A stretch of DNA of 64,000 bases, taken from positions 1-64,000 of the forward strand of contig DF237314.1 of the NCBI GenBank assembly GCA_000708835.1. The letters run 5' to 3'. A model generated the notes under the pieces. It saw only the letters and a program-made list of their open reading frames with translations, ran no database searches and was not told where the DNA came from. Origin of the DNA: Klebsormidium nitens (lineage: Eukaryota > Plantae > Klebsormidiophyceae). Positions 1 to 11,656 of this stretch are shown here, piece after piece. The position numbers and the translations under genes were made by a program. Each line of letters starts with the position of its first letter. Positions within the stretch are counted from its first letter, which is position 1.

Positions 1-513
1 AACTAGCGAATCGGAAGAAAAAAAGATCGCAGCCTTCTCAACGTGCTACGGGCAGGTACAGCTCAGCAGGTACTCTGAAGGAAATTCGATTAGTGACATC
101 AAACAGACAGCAAGGAAAAGGGTGCGAGTCCGGGCTCGAAACAAAGCCCCGTATGTACTTGAACAGGCCTGTGACCGAGGCAGAATGCAAGGGGAGCCAG
201 AGGATACTCTTCGACAATCCATTTGCCGCTGGTGCTCTATCTGAAATCATTGGGAGCCCGCTCACTGCTTTTGACTTTACCCCTGGCCATGCCAACTTTC
301 TCGCAGGGGACCCGCAGATCCTTCAACTCACAACTCACGCATCGCTTTTAGTGGTGGCGTTATGGACTGGCTGTAAAAATAAAGACGTACTGAAACAGCC
401 TTTGAGATGAACATTGGTGCTCTCAGTGGTGCTCCTCTATCAAGTTTCCAAACTAAACATACAACAACCAGTACCCTAGAATCACAAGTTGCACTAGTTA
501 CGTATGCCCCCAC

Positions 514-1433
514 CTTTGATGTATCCACCCCAACCACCTTCCCCCTCGTCCTTGACCATCAACCCATGCACGCCGTCAAATATCCTGTGCCGCTCCCAAT
601 GTCGAGCGCCCTGGCCCCGGCTTCAGGTGGTCCTCCAGAACTTCCACGCAGTGCGCATGCATGTGCGCGCTGCCACAAGGAAGAATCAATGTTGCTGAGT
701 TGTCAATCATACTTCGCAACTGCTGTTGATTGAACACTACCTGTGAAACTTGGACATCAGGCCCAGACAGGAGGAAGTGTGTAACAGGAGTTTCAATAAT
801 GAAGCCAATAGTGTACAGCTTCATATTGCCAATGTTTGAAATAATGGCGTAAGAGGGAGAAGTCGAAAGTTGTTATGCATCTTAAGAACCAGCACAAAGA
901 TTTCAAGCGATGCCCTCTGAGCAGAAGTGCCGTGAAGTACTGACTGCATGTATGAAGCAATGTGGAGGCGCCATTGACACACCAGGTCGTTCATTGGTGC
1001 GACTCTTTAGATAAAGTCAGACCCGCAACCACTTACAACATCAGGGAAATCATGTCCCTGTAGACAATACCAGTGGTGACATGTACGACAATCGCTTCAA
1101 ACTGAAGGCAATGTTGATAAACTCAACCATTACACGCCTTCAGCATTGGACATGCAACTTGAAGCTAAGAATGTTCCAGCATTAACTGGACACCGATCTG
1201 AAGTGCACCACTCACTTGGATGCTGCAGTTCTCAAGCGACTGCATATCAAGCGAACAAAGCGAAGAATCTCAATCAAAGTTTTCCTTCGTGTGCACAGAC
1301 CTGAGATTGTTGCATTGAGCCCAGTCGGCAGCGGAGCATCCTGGTACAAAGATGGTGGTAGACAGAGGCCCCAGTCCACTTCCCGCATGGCGTTGGCCAC
1401 CCTCTCGGACTTTATTGCGCTGAATGCTTGCAT
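514..1433 (-). pseudogene. PIMT: Protein-L-isoaspartate O-methyltransferase (PIMT) pseudogene, copy 1 (two recognisable exons: ~1433-1301 and 669-514)
   Basis: Exon A reads AIKSERVANAMREVDWGLCLPPSLYQDAPLPTGLNATIS, ending at a GT donor. Exon B reads (AP)HMHAHCVEVLEDHLKPG/ARALDIGSGTGYLTACMG/LMVKDEG/KVVGVD, the PIMT signature with SAM-binding motif LDxGSGTGY. Exon B needs about four 1-nt frameshifts to read through. Confidence 0.85.
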
Positions 1434-1944
1434 TGACGAATGAGGTCAGCATTTGACGTCCCACAGCTCAGCCACATTCTAATTCTGTGCTTGGACTCAA
1501 AGGGGCTGTATCCGACAGGAGAGCTTTTACATTCAGGAAGACGGCCCTCCTGTCAGTGTTGCAACTTCTTTGAAATCGTCGTCTGATGTGGTCTCGACAA
1601 CTGTTCAAACTCTCCTTCCTGTCATCCTGTTCGAGTGATACCCGCACTAGGGGCCTCAAAACTGCGCGCGCATGCGCTGCGCGCTTGGGCCCTGGGGGAT
1701 CACTCCAGCATCAGACTTGGCGCGGAAAAGATTTGAAATGCGGAGTCAGGCGCAGGCTCAAAAGCTGCACTAACGAGCAGAAGCTTGAGCCTTGACTCTT
1801 GTCATTGAGTCTTGACTCTGAGCCAGCATTCATCTTCAGATTCAAAGCAATGCCGTTGCAGGCAGGTTTGCAGTTCCTGGTTGGGTTGCAACTTGCAGGT
1901 TCATTTTCTCAACTTAGTGCTTAGAGCAATCAGAATCCTGACCA

Positions 1945-3833
1945 ATGGCGCCTCCGAAGGAGAATGCCTTCGACCGCCTTTGTGATGCGTTGCTTGAAAG
2001 CATCTTCGAGAGAGCGCTGTGGAAGCCATGTCTCTTGCGCGATCAGGCCTGGGACAGGGTGGGGCTGGAGGCTGTCTGCAAGAGGTTTCAGGAGGTGGTG
2101 CGCCTCACAGGGTGTCTGGAGTGGGACTTTGACGATTGGCCTCAAAACTAGAGACAATTTATTCGCTACGCAGGTGGCAAAGGGTGCAAGGGTTTCTTGA
2201 GGAAGATAGTGCTGAAAGCGAAGCAGCCTTTCAATCTGATAGCTGTGCTTCAGTCTGTCATACCTCATGCAAAGGACACCCTCCAGGAGGTCTACTTGTC
2301 ATTGGATATCAGCGAGGAGGAAGCGAAGAGCGTCGATTGGAAGCGTGCTCTCGTCATGCTCCAAGAATGCAAGCAGCTGGTGGTGTTGCACATATTTCTG
2401 TGGGAGAGTGGGTGGCACAGCCCGGCCGTCGTCCTGAATGACTTGAGTTTACCGGAGCCCTTTGCAAAACTTAGAGATTTGTCTTTGTTTGGTTTTGCTG
2501 TTCCAAACACTGAGATCGCTTCTTTTTTGAAGTCCTTCCCCAGTCTCAAGACTTTGGAGCTTCACCATCTTGAGGGTCAGGACTATGAGCTGAGCTCTGT
2601 GATTGAAGCCATTGCATGGGGTAGTCAAATAGTCGGTCTGGGCATCGAGAGTAGATCTTTGCCAAGAAGCTTGGAGTTAATCGTGGGTCTTCTGGACAGT
2701 GAAAGCAGCAAAGTTAGGCAGAAGGCTTTAGATATGCTGGCAGACTTGTTGTACGATGGGAAACCTGAGGACGCTATCAAGGTTGCCATTGGCAGTATTC
2801 CAGGGTGCTTGCAAGTGCTGGTCAACCTGCTTAGCAATCAAGAGGAATCTGCACAGGTAGAACTTGCTCTGGATATCCTTGAGAGTTTGGCGATGCGTCG
2901 TATTAATCGCAGGCCAATAGCAACTTGTTCGGGCAGCCTGCAGCGGCTGCTCGACCTCTGTAAAAGTGACTGCGAGACCATACGAGGGACAGCCGCGTCG
3001 ACGCTGGGAAGTCTGGCAGATGATTACTGGGCTAAGAAGCTTGCGGCCCAGCTGGTTCCCGCCATCCTGCAGGGCCTTGTTGACCCTCGACGATGAGAGT
3101 ACAGACGTGCGGAGTATTGCCATAGATTCTTTGGCCCGATTTGCAGACGACTTTGATAGCAGCGAGCTGATTGCAATCATGCCAGGGGCCCTGCAAAAGG
3201 TGGTGAGCTTTCTGGAGTGTGGAAACGTTGAAGTTCAAGCAAGTGCGGCATGGTGTCTGCGGACCTTGGCTAAATATGACTCTGCGACGGCTGTGGTTGA
3301 AGTGTCAGGGTGCTTTGAGGGGTTAGTGAACCTGCTAGGAAGTCCGAGCATTGCCACGCGGGATAGAGCAGCATGGGCGTTGAGTACCCTGGCAGAGACA
3401 GCGAATCGGCCAACAGAATCTCGATGGTGCCTGGTTTTTGGCAGAAGCTGGTGAAGTGCTTCGATCCTAAGAGGGCACTGATCCGGTCTGGACTGAGTAT
3501 CTGCAAAAGGATGTGGTAACCTTGCTTGGGAATGTTGGGGCGGAGGCTGGGGTCTTGGAGGCCATTGCATCTACTCCTGGTTCCTTGCAAGCGGTTGTGG
3601 ACACACTGGAAAGTGACTTGCATTCGACGGTGGAAAGTGCTGTTTGGATGCTCTGTGAGGTGGCGCACGACCAGAGGTTCCGAAAAGCCATAGCCAAGGT
3701 GCCAGGAGTAATCAAAAAGTTGGAGGATTTAATAACGTATGAGGACTTTAAGGATGCGCATGAAGAAGCACGCAAGCTCCTTGACATTCTGCGAGAATCA
3801 GCTTTGGCTACACAACGCTTGAGTGGCTCATAA
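1945..3833 (+). pseudogene. F-box / LRR-like / Armadillo-repeat protein, disrupted copy
   Basis: Colinear with the intact ORF at 8899-10872. In-frame TAG at 2149-2151 aligns to GAG (Glu) in the paralogue. Frameshifts near 3085, 3401 and 3474 split it into ORFs 1945-2151, 2197-3096, 2966-3454 and 3513-3833. Confidence 0.85.
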
Positions 3834-4859
3834 TTGAATCTGAGTAATTGGAGTTAGTTGGTCGTGTAAAGCTCCGTGAGTCCTTGATGACTTTTACTTG
3901 GAGGTTTAAAAAGCTCCATGCAAGAGTGAGCGGCAGCTATGCAAGGCTCTGATCTCATTTGTAGATTCATCTCGCACAATTGAACAAGGCACTTTGAATT
4001 GGTTGTATTGCGATCCTGATGACCAAGACATGTCTATGCCTTCGATCAAGCATCAGATTTGAAGCCTACAATAGTACGTTTGTCTCATGTGAGAGCCGAA
4101 GTGATGTCACGGTGGGCTTGCACATGGTCCGTGCGCAATATAGGACTAATTTTTAAGCCTAGAGACGGTGTCGTTTTGACATCAAGCTGCAGCATGATGA
4201 TCTGGTGGTATTGATTGCGGGCGGCCTTACACTGCAGCGGCGACCGTATATGCGCACATGGTACGTCATGCAAGATCGGGCCGGAGCCGATGGAACAATT
4301 CTACTATGAAAATTGATCGGGACATGAATCTATCTGTTGCCTGCGGCCCTAGGCCCGCGCGGGATTCGGACGTACAGCTGCATGGCCATTAGCGCGCACC
4401 CTGCATACGGACTTGGGTTGATGCGGTCCTGCAATGTCGGATGCTGCCACTGGCTGGAGGCTTGAAATGACTACTTCTAGGTTGCGCCTCAAAGTAAGCT
4501 TGTTCCAAACATTTTATGTTCAATATGGCTTTTACATAGGAGCATAATGTAACGTCTGGCGTTTATACACTCAATCATTCGGTCCAATCCGATCCGGATT
4601 TCACTAGAAGTATGTTAAGGTCGATAGTTTTCTTTTCCAAGTCTTGCATTGTGATTGTGCTTGTGACTGTAAATGTGATGAATAGCCTCTAGGCAATGTC
4701 AAGCATGTGCAAGCTTATTGCAGATTTCGAATCCTGAATATTGTACACAACATCAGTGAAAGTTAAGAAATCCACTTCGTATTCGTATGCCAAGCTAAGA
4801 TAAGTAAGCCTGCACTCTACTTTCCGAGCAACCTGCAAAAGTACCGTTAGTTTGACGTC

Positions 4860-6734
4860 AAATCTAAAACACATGCCTTGCTCGTTCATCGTTCGGAACG
4901 GTCGGCCAATTTACACAACAGCTGCGTCTCTTGGGCGCTCCGGCTTTTACGTCCTTCTATCCGTCATCTTCCTTTTGACTTCATCGTTCCGACACACTGC
5001 CAGGGGACTTTATACCTGGCTGGCTGGCCGATGCTCTTGAAGTCAAGACGCCCCTGTAGAAACAGGGGATTGCAACTCCTCTTGAGCTGGGGGCTCCTGT
5101 TTTACTGGTGACACCTCAATAGGTTGTGGCGCCGCCTCCATCGTTTGGAGGGCCTTTCGACGGCCGGGCCCCAACGGTACACGGTCAAGGAGCCCCGCCA
5201 GCCTCCCTGCGACAAAGATTACATGCGACCTTTTGTCTAGAGAAGTGTTCATAGGAAGGAACATAGAATTGAAAGGGCCCCGGCTTTGAAGCATCTTCTG
5301 ACGTCAGGGTGCGTGAGCGGCAGACTGCCATTAAGTGGTTGGACGAGCCTTTTGTGCCGAGGAAGCTCCAAGTCTACATCCTCTTGCCAAACCGCGTGAT
5401 ACCACTTTCTTGCAACAAAGTCTGAAGCTTGCTTTCAGAAGACCGGCTGCGAACCGACGAGCTTTCACGGGATCCCTTGACGGTTGAGAGACGGAGAAAC
5501 AACACCGATTGCCACGCAAGAAAGTGACCCGGGCGGACATATATTGAACACCATAGCAATGTTTGTAACGGAAACATTTCAATTGCCGTTTGGACTACAA
5601 TTAGTAGAATGGCGACTCGGTTAGATTGGCCGATGACGTTCATTGACCAATTGATGTGGTGCGGATTCTCAGGTCCTGGACGCCTTTTCGCATACCTGGG
5701 TGGTGCTTCGTCCTATCACGGACGTACTTGTCCCGGCTCTATCCAATCTCGGGTACTGCCGCCTCGTGCTGCGTGGCACAACAAAAACACATCAGCATCA
5801 TTTGAGTGACCGCCGACTGAGGTTGTGTTCGTAGATTGTGTATGGACGTCGTTCACAAAGTGACTCGAATGGATGTCTATCAGGAAGTGGCTTGAAAGTA
5901 AAACTGACTTGATCCAATGGACGGCTACGATGAGGCAAACTGAAGCTTGAACGGCAAGCCAAAGACGTCGATGTTTCCAATTCAAAACCTGCATTGAGTA
6001 ATCGGGAGCCGCTCGAACATCAATGATGCTCTTGCAGCTCAGCTCAAACACTCCCCATCCGTGTGTAAAAAGAAGACCAGAGCACCAAGAATTGGAGGCC
6101 TCTCGCCTCGGGGTTTCTTTCGGCTCCATTTGCATCACTTCAATCTATGCGCCGCCGGCAAATTCGCTTAAAGCTATCGAGCTCACCTCCGCAGGTGACA
6201 TCCCGTGCCAGTGCCGGAACTTGCGCAAAGCCTTCTTTTCCTCGGGGTAAACACGTTCCACCGTTCAGATGCTACTCAAGACGTCCTGCAAATCACCAGG
6301 AAGATGATAAGAGTGAAGAGGGAAAAAAATGTTTCGACTCAGCAATCTTCGTTGGAGCTAAACGATGATATTCATTCCCAAACGCTCAGCCATTCCAGTG
6401 CGCTGTGACACATATCCATACCGAAACCCAAAAGCCTCGACCTTTTGCGACTCTAAAAGTCGAAACAATCCAGATAAAACGGACCAGGACACTCCGTTGA
6501 TTCCAATTTCAAATCCTGGGAAGATCGGGTATACTCACTAAGACAGCTTTTCTTATTCGGCAATGCTTAGACGCACAAACAAATCAGATCGCAGCGGCCG
6601 GACCTTGCACGCCTCCAGGTTGCGGTCCTTACTGAGAATGGGCTCGACGAGCTTGGTCACGGCGAGGTCCGAGTTGATGGTCGCGAATGCAGACAGAAGG
6701 CAGGCTCGGGTCGTTGGCCAGCACCTGGCGCAGC
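4860..6734 (-). pseudogene. Partial duplicate (last four exons) of the Popeye-domain gene
   Basis: Exon relics 6734-6604, 6285-6187, 5768-5696 and 5206-~4860 match exons 7-10 of the gene at 11657-18605 (TINSDLAVTKL; PEEKKALRKFRHWHG; HEAAVPEIG*; GRLAGLLDRVP). They contain in-frame TGA/TAG stops and frameshifts. No upstream exons are present in this copy. Confidence 0.8.
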
Positions 6735-7572
6735 CTGCAAAAGCACTTTTCGCTTCGTTAGATAACATCAATATGAGGCTGGACAAGTGAACGGGGATGT
6801 CCACAGCGGATCCCGTGTGACGCACTCGGCGATAGTATGAAACTCGCTTCTGCTCAGAAAGTCGTCTGTTGGAAGAAGGCAGGAAGCCTGAAAGGAAGGA
6901 GGTACGAGGAAGGACGTACAGCGATTCAGGTAACTTCAGAGCCCTTCCGATCCACATTTGCGGGTTTACCAACTTGTTGCAGCAACCTCTGCTTCACTTG
7001 CTCCAAATGGGGCAAGCCTGTTGATGAGCTCGAATCCAACAGTTCAAAATCCAGCGGACTTTGGCTACCGCAGGATACAAAGTCCTTCTCACTCCTGACA
7101 TGCGATAGGCAGATTAAATGCAGCAGGCGATGTGGAGGATATCCAGATAACAACACCAACGAAACAGCAGGAGGAAGGGTGCACCAAAGCCAGTCCGTAC
7201 TTGAAGGTATACCAGTGAAAGAGGCAGAATGCACGAGAGGCCAAATGTTACTATCCAATGTTTCTCTTTGAGTCTCGATTCTCTGTTTGAGTGCAATATT
7301 GTGAAGCTCGCTCAAGCCTTCTAACCCTGCCCCTGAGATAGCGCAATCTTTCTGGCAGGCGACCCGCAAGAATTCCAGCTTAGAAAATGCACGGCTTCTA
7401 GTGAGAGCGTAAGGACTGGCCGTGGTTTGGAAGAACCTGACCGAGAAAAAGTCTGTAAGAGAGTTTCTGACTTTCTTCCAGGGACGCTGCTCGTTCAGAT
7501 CTTCAGAATGCAACTCCTATCAACGGCTGCCCTGCCAGCAATCTACAGGGCAATGGTTGCATGCATCCCCAC

Positions 7573-8480
7573 CTTTGTTCTGCTCCACACCGACCATCTT
7601 TTCCCCCTCGTCCAAAATCAGTAGCCCCATAGTAACCTGTGCCGGCCCGAAGTCGAGCGCCCTAGCCCAAGGACTCAGGTGGTCCTCTGAAAGCTCCAGG
7701 CAGTGCGCATCCGTGCGCGGCGCTGCAAATACAAGGTTGATGTCAAGATGTAGCATGCCCATCACTCATGTTCTGAATCAGGAGGACTAGGCAGTGCAGG
7801 ACACCAGACCAAGACTCTGGCAGCATTTGTGTGACATTCAAAGACTTGGAATTATGAACACCAAGACCCTCCAGAGGTCCAGAGGCAAAGTCCAGAGTTT
7901 CGTGCATTGTGGGAAACAAATGCATATGATATTTGACCATAGGCCCCTTGGTCAGCTCAGTGACTTCCTTATTTTTCTACTGGGGTGAAAGCAGGGGCGC
8001 CAATGACCACTAGGCATTGGTTGGTGCCAGAAGATTGATGCAACCATTTCAAGGTTCCAGCGGAAGTAAGATGCGCAACCACTTTAGACATCAACGAGAC
8101 TCTATGCTTGCAGAAAACATCGTTGCTGACATGCAATCTGACTCTTGCCTCGACATGCGGCCACGTCAATGAGTCGACGGCCATACCACCGCAGCGAGCA
8201 TCTGCAACATGAATTCTCATTGGCTGACTTCGAATACAAACTCAGAATGCACCAGTCTCTCACCAGACAATAGAATCTACATGGCGCACCTCTCATTGGA
8301 CTGCATGTGGCAGTTTAAGAAAAACGTTCTTCCTCATGGTCTTCTTTCATGTATCTGAGATCGTCCCCTTGACCCCATTGGATTGCGGAGCATCCCGGTA
8401 CGCCTCTTCAAATGGCAATACGAAGAGACCCCAAGCTACTTTCATATTGACGTTAGGCACCCATTCAGACGTCATTGCCC
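7573..8480 (-). pseudogene. PIMT: PIMT pseudogene, copy 2 (exon relics ~8480-8355 and 7722-7573)
   Basis: Reads AMTSEWVPNVNMKVAWGLFVLPFEEAYRDAPQSNGVKGTIS and APRTDAHCLELSEDHLSPWARALDFGPAQVTMGLLILDEGEKMVGVEQ. The SAM motif is eroded by a deletion and the exon A donor reads AT instead of GT. Confidence 0.75.
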
Positions 8481-8889
8481 GAAACAGCTTCCAGAAATGA
8501 AGCCCCTCCCGCTCGCCCTCCCCTTGCATATTGTCAGACCTGTACCTGTTGACCTCCTTGTGACCTGGTCCTGAGCGTACTTCAATGCAAGCCGCCGTCT
8601 TTTTGGGCAAGCCGCAGCACTGCTCTTTTCCTTCTGCACAATGCAACACGTCGTTTGAATAAGGCCCCTCACGCAGGTTCTGCCGGCACCTCTCCCGAAG
8701 CTCCAATTAGGGCCCGCCAAGATGAAGCGCCTTGCATGTACCTAGACGTCGGCTGGCACTGGCAGCACAATGCGCGCGCAGGCGGGCTCGGGGGATCCCC
8801 ACAGGTACAGCTCAGCTTTGCCGCCAAATTTCAGAAATTCGTCCATCTTCAAAACTGCAAAACTGCAGTCCCACTGCACAGTTCCATAA

Positions 8890-8961
8890 GGTTCCTACAT
8901 GGTACTTTTGTCACAGCACGGTAGAGGGTTCCTAGGGTACTTTTGTCACAGCACGGTAGAG
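8890..8961. repeat. Two-unit tandem repeat (37 + 35 bp)
   Basis: ggttccta(cat/g)ggtacttttgtcacagcacggtagag occurs twice in a row. Confidence 0.95.
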
Positions 8962-10872
8962 TGGCGGCAGAGCAGGTTCAGCAGCTCCGGGGAGCAACCA
9001 GATTCCCGAGCAAAGGCGCCGGATCAGGAGAACTGCTTTGACCGTCTCTGCGATGCGTTGCTTGGAAGTATCTTTGAGAGAGCATTATGGAAGCCGTGTC
9101 TCCTGCAACATCAGGCCCGGGACAGGGTCCGGCTGGAGGCCGTCTGCAAAAGGTTCCAGGAGGTGGTGCGCGTCACTGGGTGCCTTGAGTGGGACTTAGA
9201 CAATGGGCCTCAGACCGAGCAAAACTTTGTCCGTTACGCACTTGGAAGTAGGTGCAAGGGATTGCTAAGGAAGGTGGTTTTGAAAGCTGAGCGTCCTTTG
9301 GCTCTGATGGGGGTTCTTCAGGCTGTCCTGCCCCATTTGGTAAACACTCTCCAGGAATTCTACTTGGTTCTGGACTTCAGCGAGGAGGATGCGCAGAGCA
9401 TTGACTGGGGGCGCATTCTCGTCATGCTTCAAGAATGCAAGCACCTGGTGGCGTTGCACATCTTCCTGTGGGAGAGCGGGTGGCATAGACCAGCTGTTGT
9501 CCTGGATTCGTCAAAGCTACCAAAGCCTTTTCTAAAGCTTCGGGATCTGTCCCTGTTTGGGTTTGCTGCCCCCAGCACCGGAATCCAATCATTCTTCCAG
9601 TCATTCCCCTCCTTGGAGAATGTAGAGCTCCACCAACTTGAAGGTCATGATTACGTTCAGAGCTCCTCCAGCTCTCTAAAGTCAGCAGTCTTGTGGGGTA
9701 GAATGATATACGGTTTAGATGGCCTGGTGGTGCCCAGGAGCCTGAGGGTAGTGGCGGGTCTTCTGGACAGCGAAAGCAGTGGAGTTCGTGAAAAGGCACT
9801 GGAGATGCTGGCAGACTTGTCACACGACGGAAAGCCTGAGAAACCCGTTAATGAGGCAATTGCTAATGCTCCAGGGTGCTTGCAAAAGCTAGTCAACCTC
9901 CTTGGTGTTCAGAGGGAGTATGAGCAGAAAGAAGCTCTCATGATCCTTGACAATTTGGCCGAGCACTGGCACAACCGCATGGCAATCGTCACTTGTCCGG
10001 GCAGCCTGCAGCAACTACTTAGCCTCTTCAAGAGTAACTGCGAAGACACACGGGGAACAGCGGCATCTGCGCTGGGAAGCCTGGCACAACATCCTGAAGC
10101 TTGTGTGGTTGCCATTCAGCTGGTTCCCGCTATATTACAGGGACTCGTGGACCTTCTAGACGACGAGGACAGGGCGATGCAAAGTATCGCCCTACAAGCT
10201 TTAGTTCACTTTGCAAATGACTATGACAATAGCGCATTCATCGTCGCCCTGTCTGGGGGCCTTGCCAAGTTGGTGAGTTTGTTACAGAGTGGGAGTGCCG
10301 AGCTAGCCACGGGCGCGGCAGACTGTTTGCAGCGCTTGGCCAAGTATGACACAGCGGAGGCTGTCGCTAGGGCGCCGGGGTGCCTAGAGGGGTTAGTGAA
10401 CCTGCTAGGGAGCTCAAGCACTCACACACGGGAAAAAGCGGCATGGGCACTAACTACCCTAGCAGAGCTTGACGAATCGGCGCAGAGGATCCCGTTGGTG
10501 CCTGGGTTCTGGCACAAGCTTGTAGAATGCTTGGATCCAAGCATTGGTGATGATGCAACTTGGAGTGAATACCTACAAGAGGATGCGGTGTCATTGTTGG
10601 CAAACGTTGGCTCGGAGATAGGGGTGATGGAGGCCATCGCCTCCATTCCGGGTTCCTTGCACGTTATCGTTAACGTGTTGGACAGCTGGATGGTTCCATC
10701 AGTAAGAAGTGCTGTTTGGATACTCTTAGAGATGGTGCGAGGTGACATGCAGACACGGAAAGCTCTAGCTGAATTGCCAGGAGTCTTGCAGAAACTGGAA
10801 GGCATCGTAGATTATGAGGACTTCGAAGATGTGCACGTTGAAGCAGCTGAGCTCCTAGAGATGTTGCGATGA
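8899..10872 (+). CDS. Intronless F-box / LRR-like / Armadillo-repeat protein (657 aa)
   Basis: Single long ORF. F-box-like motif FDRLCDALLGSIF...RVRLEAVCKRFQEVVR, then LxxLxL repeats (LQEFYLVLDF, LVALHIFLW, LRDLSLFGF, LENVELHQL), then about 7-8 ARM/HEAT-like repeats (e.g. PGCLEGLVNLLGSSSTHTREKAAWALTTLA). The start codon is uncertain. Confidence 0.85.
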   Translation: MVLLSQHGRGFLGYFCHSTVEWRQSRFSSSGEQPDSRAKAPDQENCFDRLCDALLGSIFERALWKPCLLQHQARDRVRLEAVCKRFQEVVRVTGCLEWDLDNGPQTEQNFVRYALGSRCKGLLRKVVLKAERPLALMGVLQAVLPHLVNTLQEFYLVLDFSEEDAQSIDWGRILVMLQECKHLVALHIFLWESGWHRPAVVLDSSKLPKPFLKLRDLSLFGFAAPSTGIQSFFQSFPSLENVELHQLEGHDYVQSSSSSLKSAVLWGRMIYGLDGLVVPRSLRVVAGLLDSESSGVREKALEMLADLSHDGKPEKPVNEAIANAPGCLQKLVNLLGVQREYEQKEALMILDNLAEHWHNRMAIVTCPGSLQQLLSLFKSNCEDTRGTAASALGSLAQHPEACVVAIQLVPAILQGLVDLLDDEDRAMQSIALQALVHFANDYDNSAFIVALSGGLAKLVSLLQSGSAELATGAADCLQRLAKYDTAEAVARAPGCLEGLVNLLGSSSTHTREKAAWALTTLAELDESAQRIPLVPGFWHKLVECLDPSIGDDATWSEYLQEDAVSLLANVGSEIGVMEAIASIPGSLHVIVNVLDSWMVPSVRSAVWILLEMVRGDMQTRKALAELPGVLQKLEGIVDYEDFEDVHVEAAELLEMLR

Positions 10873-11656
10873 TAAGAGCTGGCGGTATTCCAGATTCTCT
10901 CTGGCAAAGTGATTTGTACGAATTGGCATGGACTGTGTTGCTTGTCAGAAGATGATAGAGTACGTCAATAACTTAGCAACATTTGGAGTTCTATTGCTTC
11001 GACAGACCGAGTGTAGATACGACGAAGAGCCATATGCATTGACCTTCGTTGCATGGCGTGTATAGAACATCCTCAGGCTGCAGCGCACCTGAATGCACGC
11101 GGCCATCTAAAATTATGTTGTTATGTAGACATTGTTGGCCGGGCTAGCTGGTCATGCTAGTGGGGCAACTGTCCAGTAGTAGGTCCACTAACCCTTGCTT
11201 TTATGTTTGAAGTTTAATGGAAGGACCGAGCTAGTAGATTGCACTGACGTCCATCGTCCAATCATCACGTCGATCGTGCTCCAGATGAAATGCCTCCGAT
11301 CTCTGGCCGGCCTTACATTCAACCTACCAAATCCAGCCACACTGCATGGCCGAATCGATTCATGGCAAGGTGGCAACCGAATTGTACACTGCTGAAGTTC
11401 TCCATTGAGTTTCCAATACTTACAATGTATTCTACAACATCACCTGGTCATTGAACTGCGAAGTCAACAATCCCTTTTTAGATTGGGTTTGTACAACCCC
11501 GATCACCTGGCTTACAGAGTTCTGAATACAGGACTTAATACTTACGAGTACGCTATATATGTACAATTCGGAAACAAATGGACAAAACCTGCCATTAGCT
11601 CTATTTTAATCAGTACCCTAAGCGTGCGCTGTGCAACCCCCATAGCTGCTTCGACG

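Larger units (their letters stand above)
140..6790. repeat. Tandem segmental duplication, unit 1 (probably starts before the window)
   Basis: Ordered homology at ~7.05 kb offset: 140-330 vs 7190-7380, 510-700 vs 7570-7750, 1300-1430 vs 8350-8480, 1945-3830 vs 9010-10870, 4860-5210 vs 11660-12030, 5690-5770 vs 12700-12780, 6180-6290 vs 13190-13300, 6600-6740 vs 13900-14035. Confidence 0.9.

Noticed and set aside
4573-4595. Hairpin aatccg-atc-cggatt followed by CTAG, like a Helitron 3' end
   Set aside because: Hairpin-to-CTAG spacing is too short, the next base is A rather than T, and no 5' TC end could be assigned.
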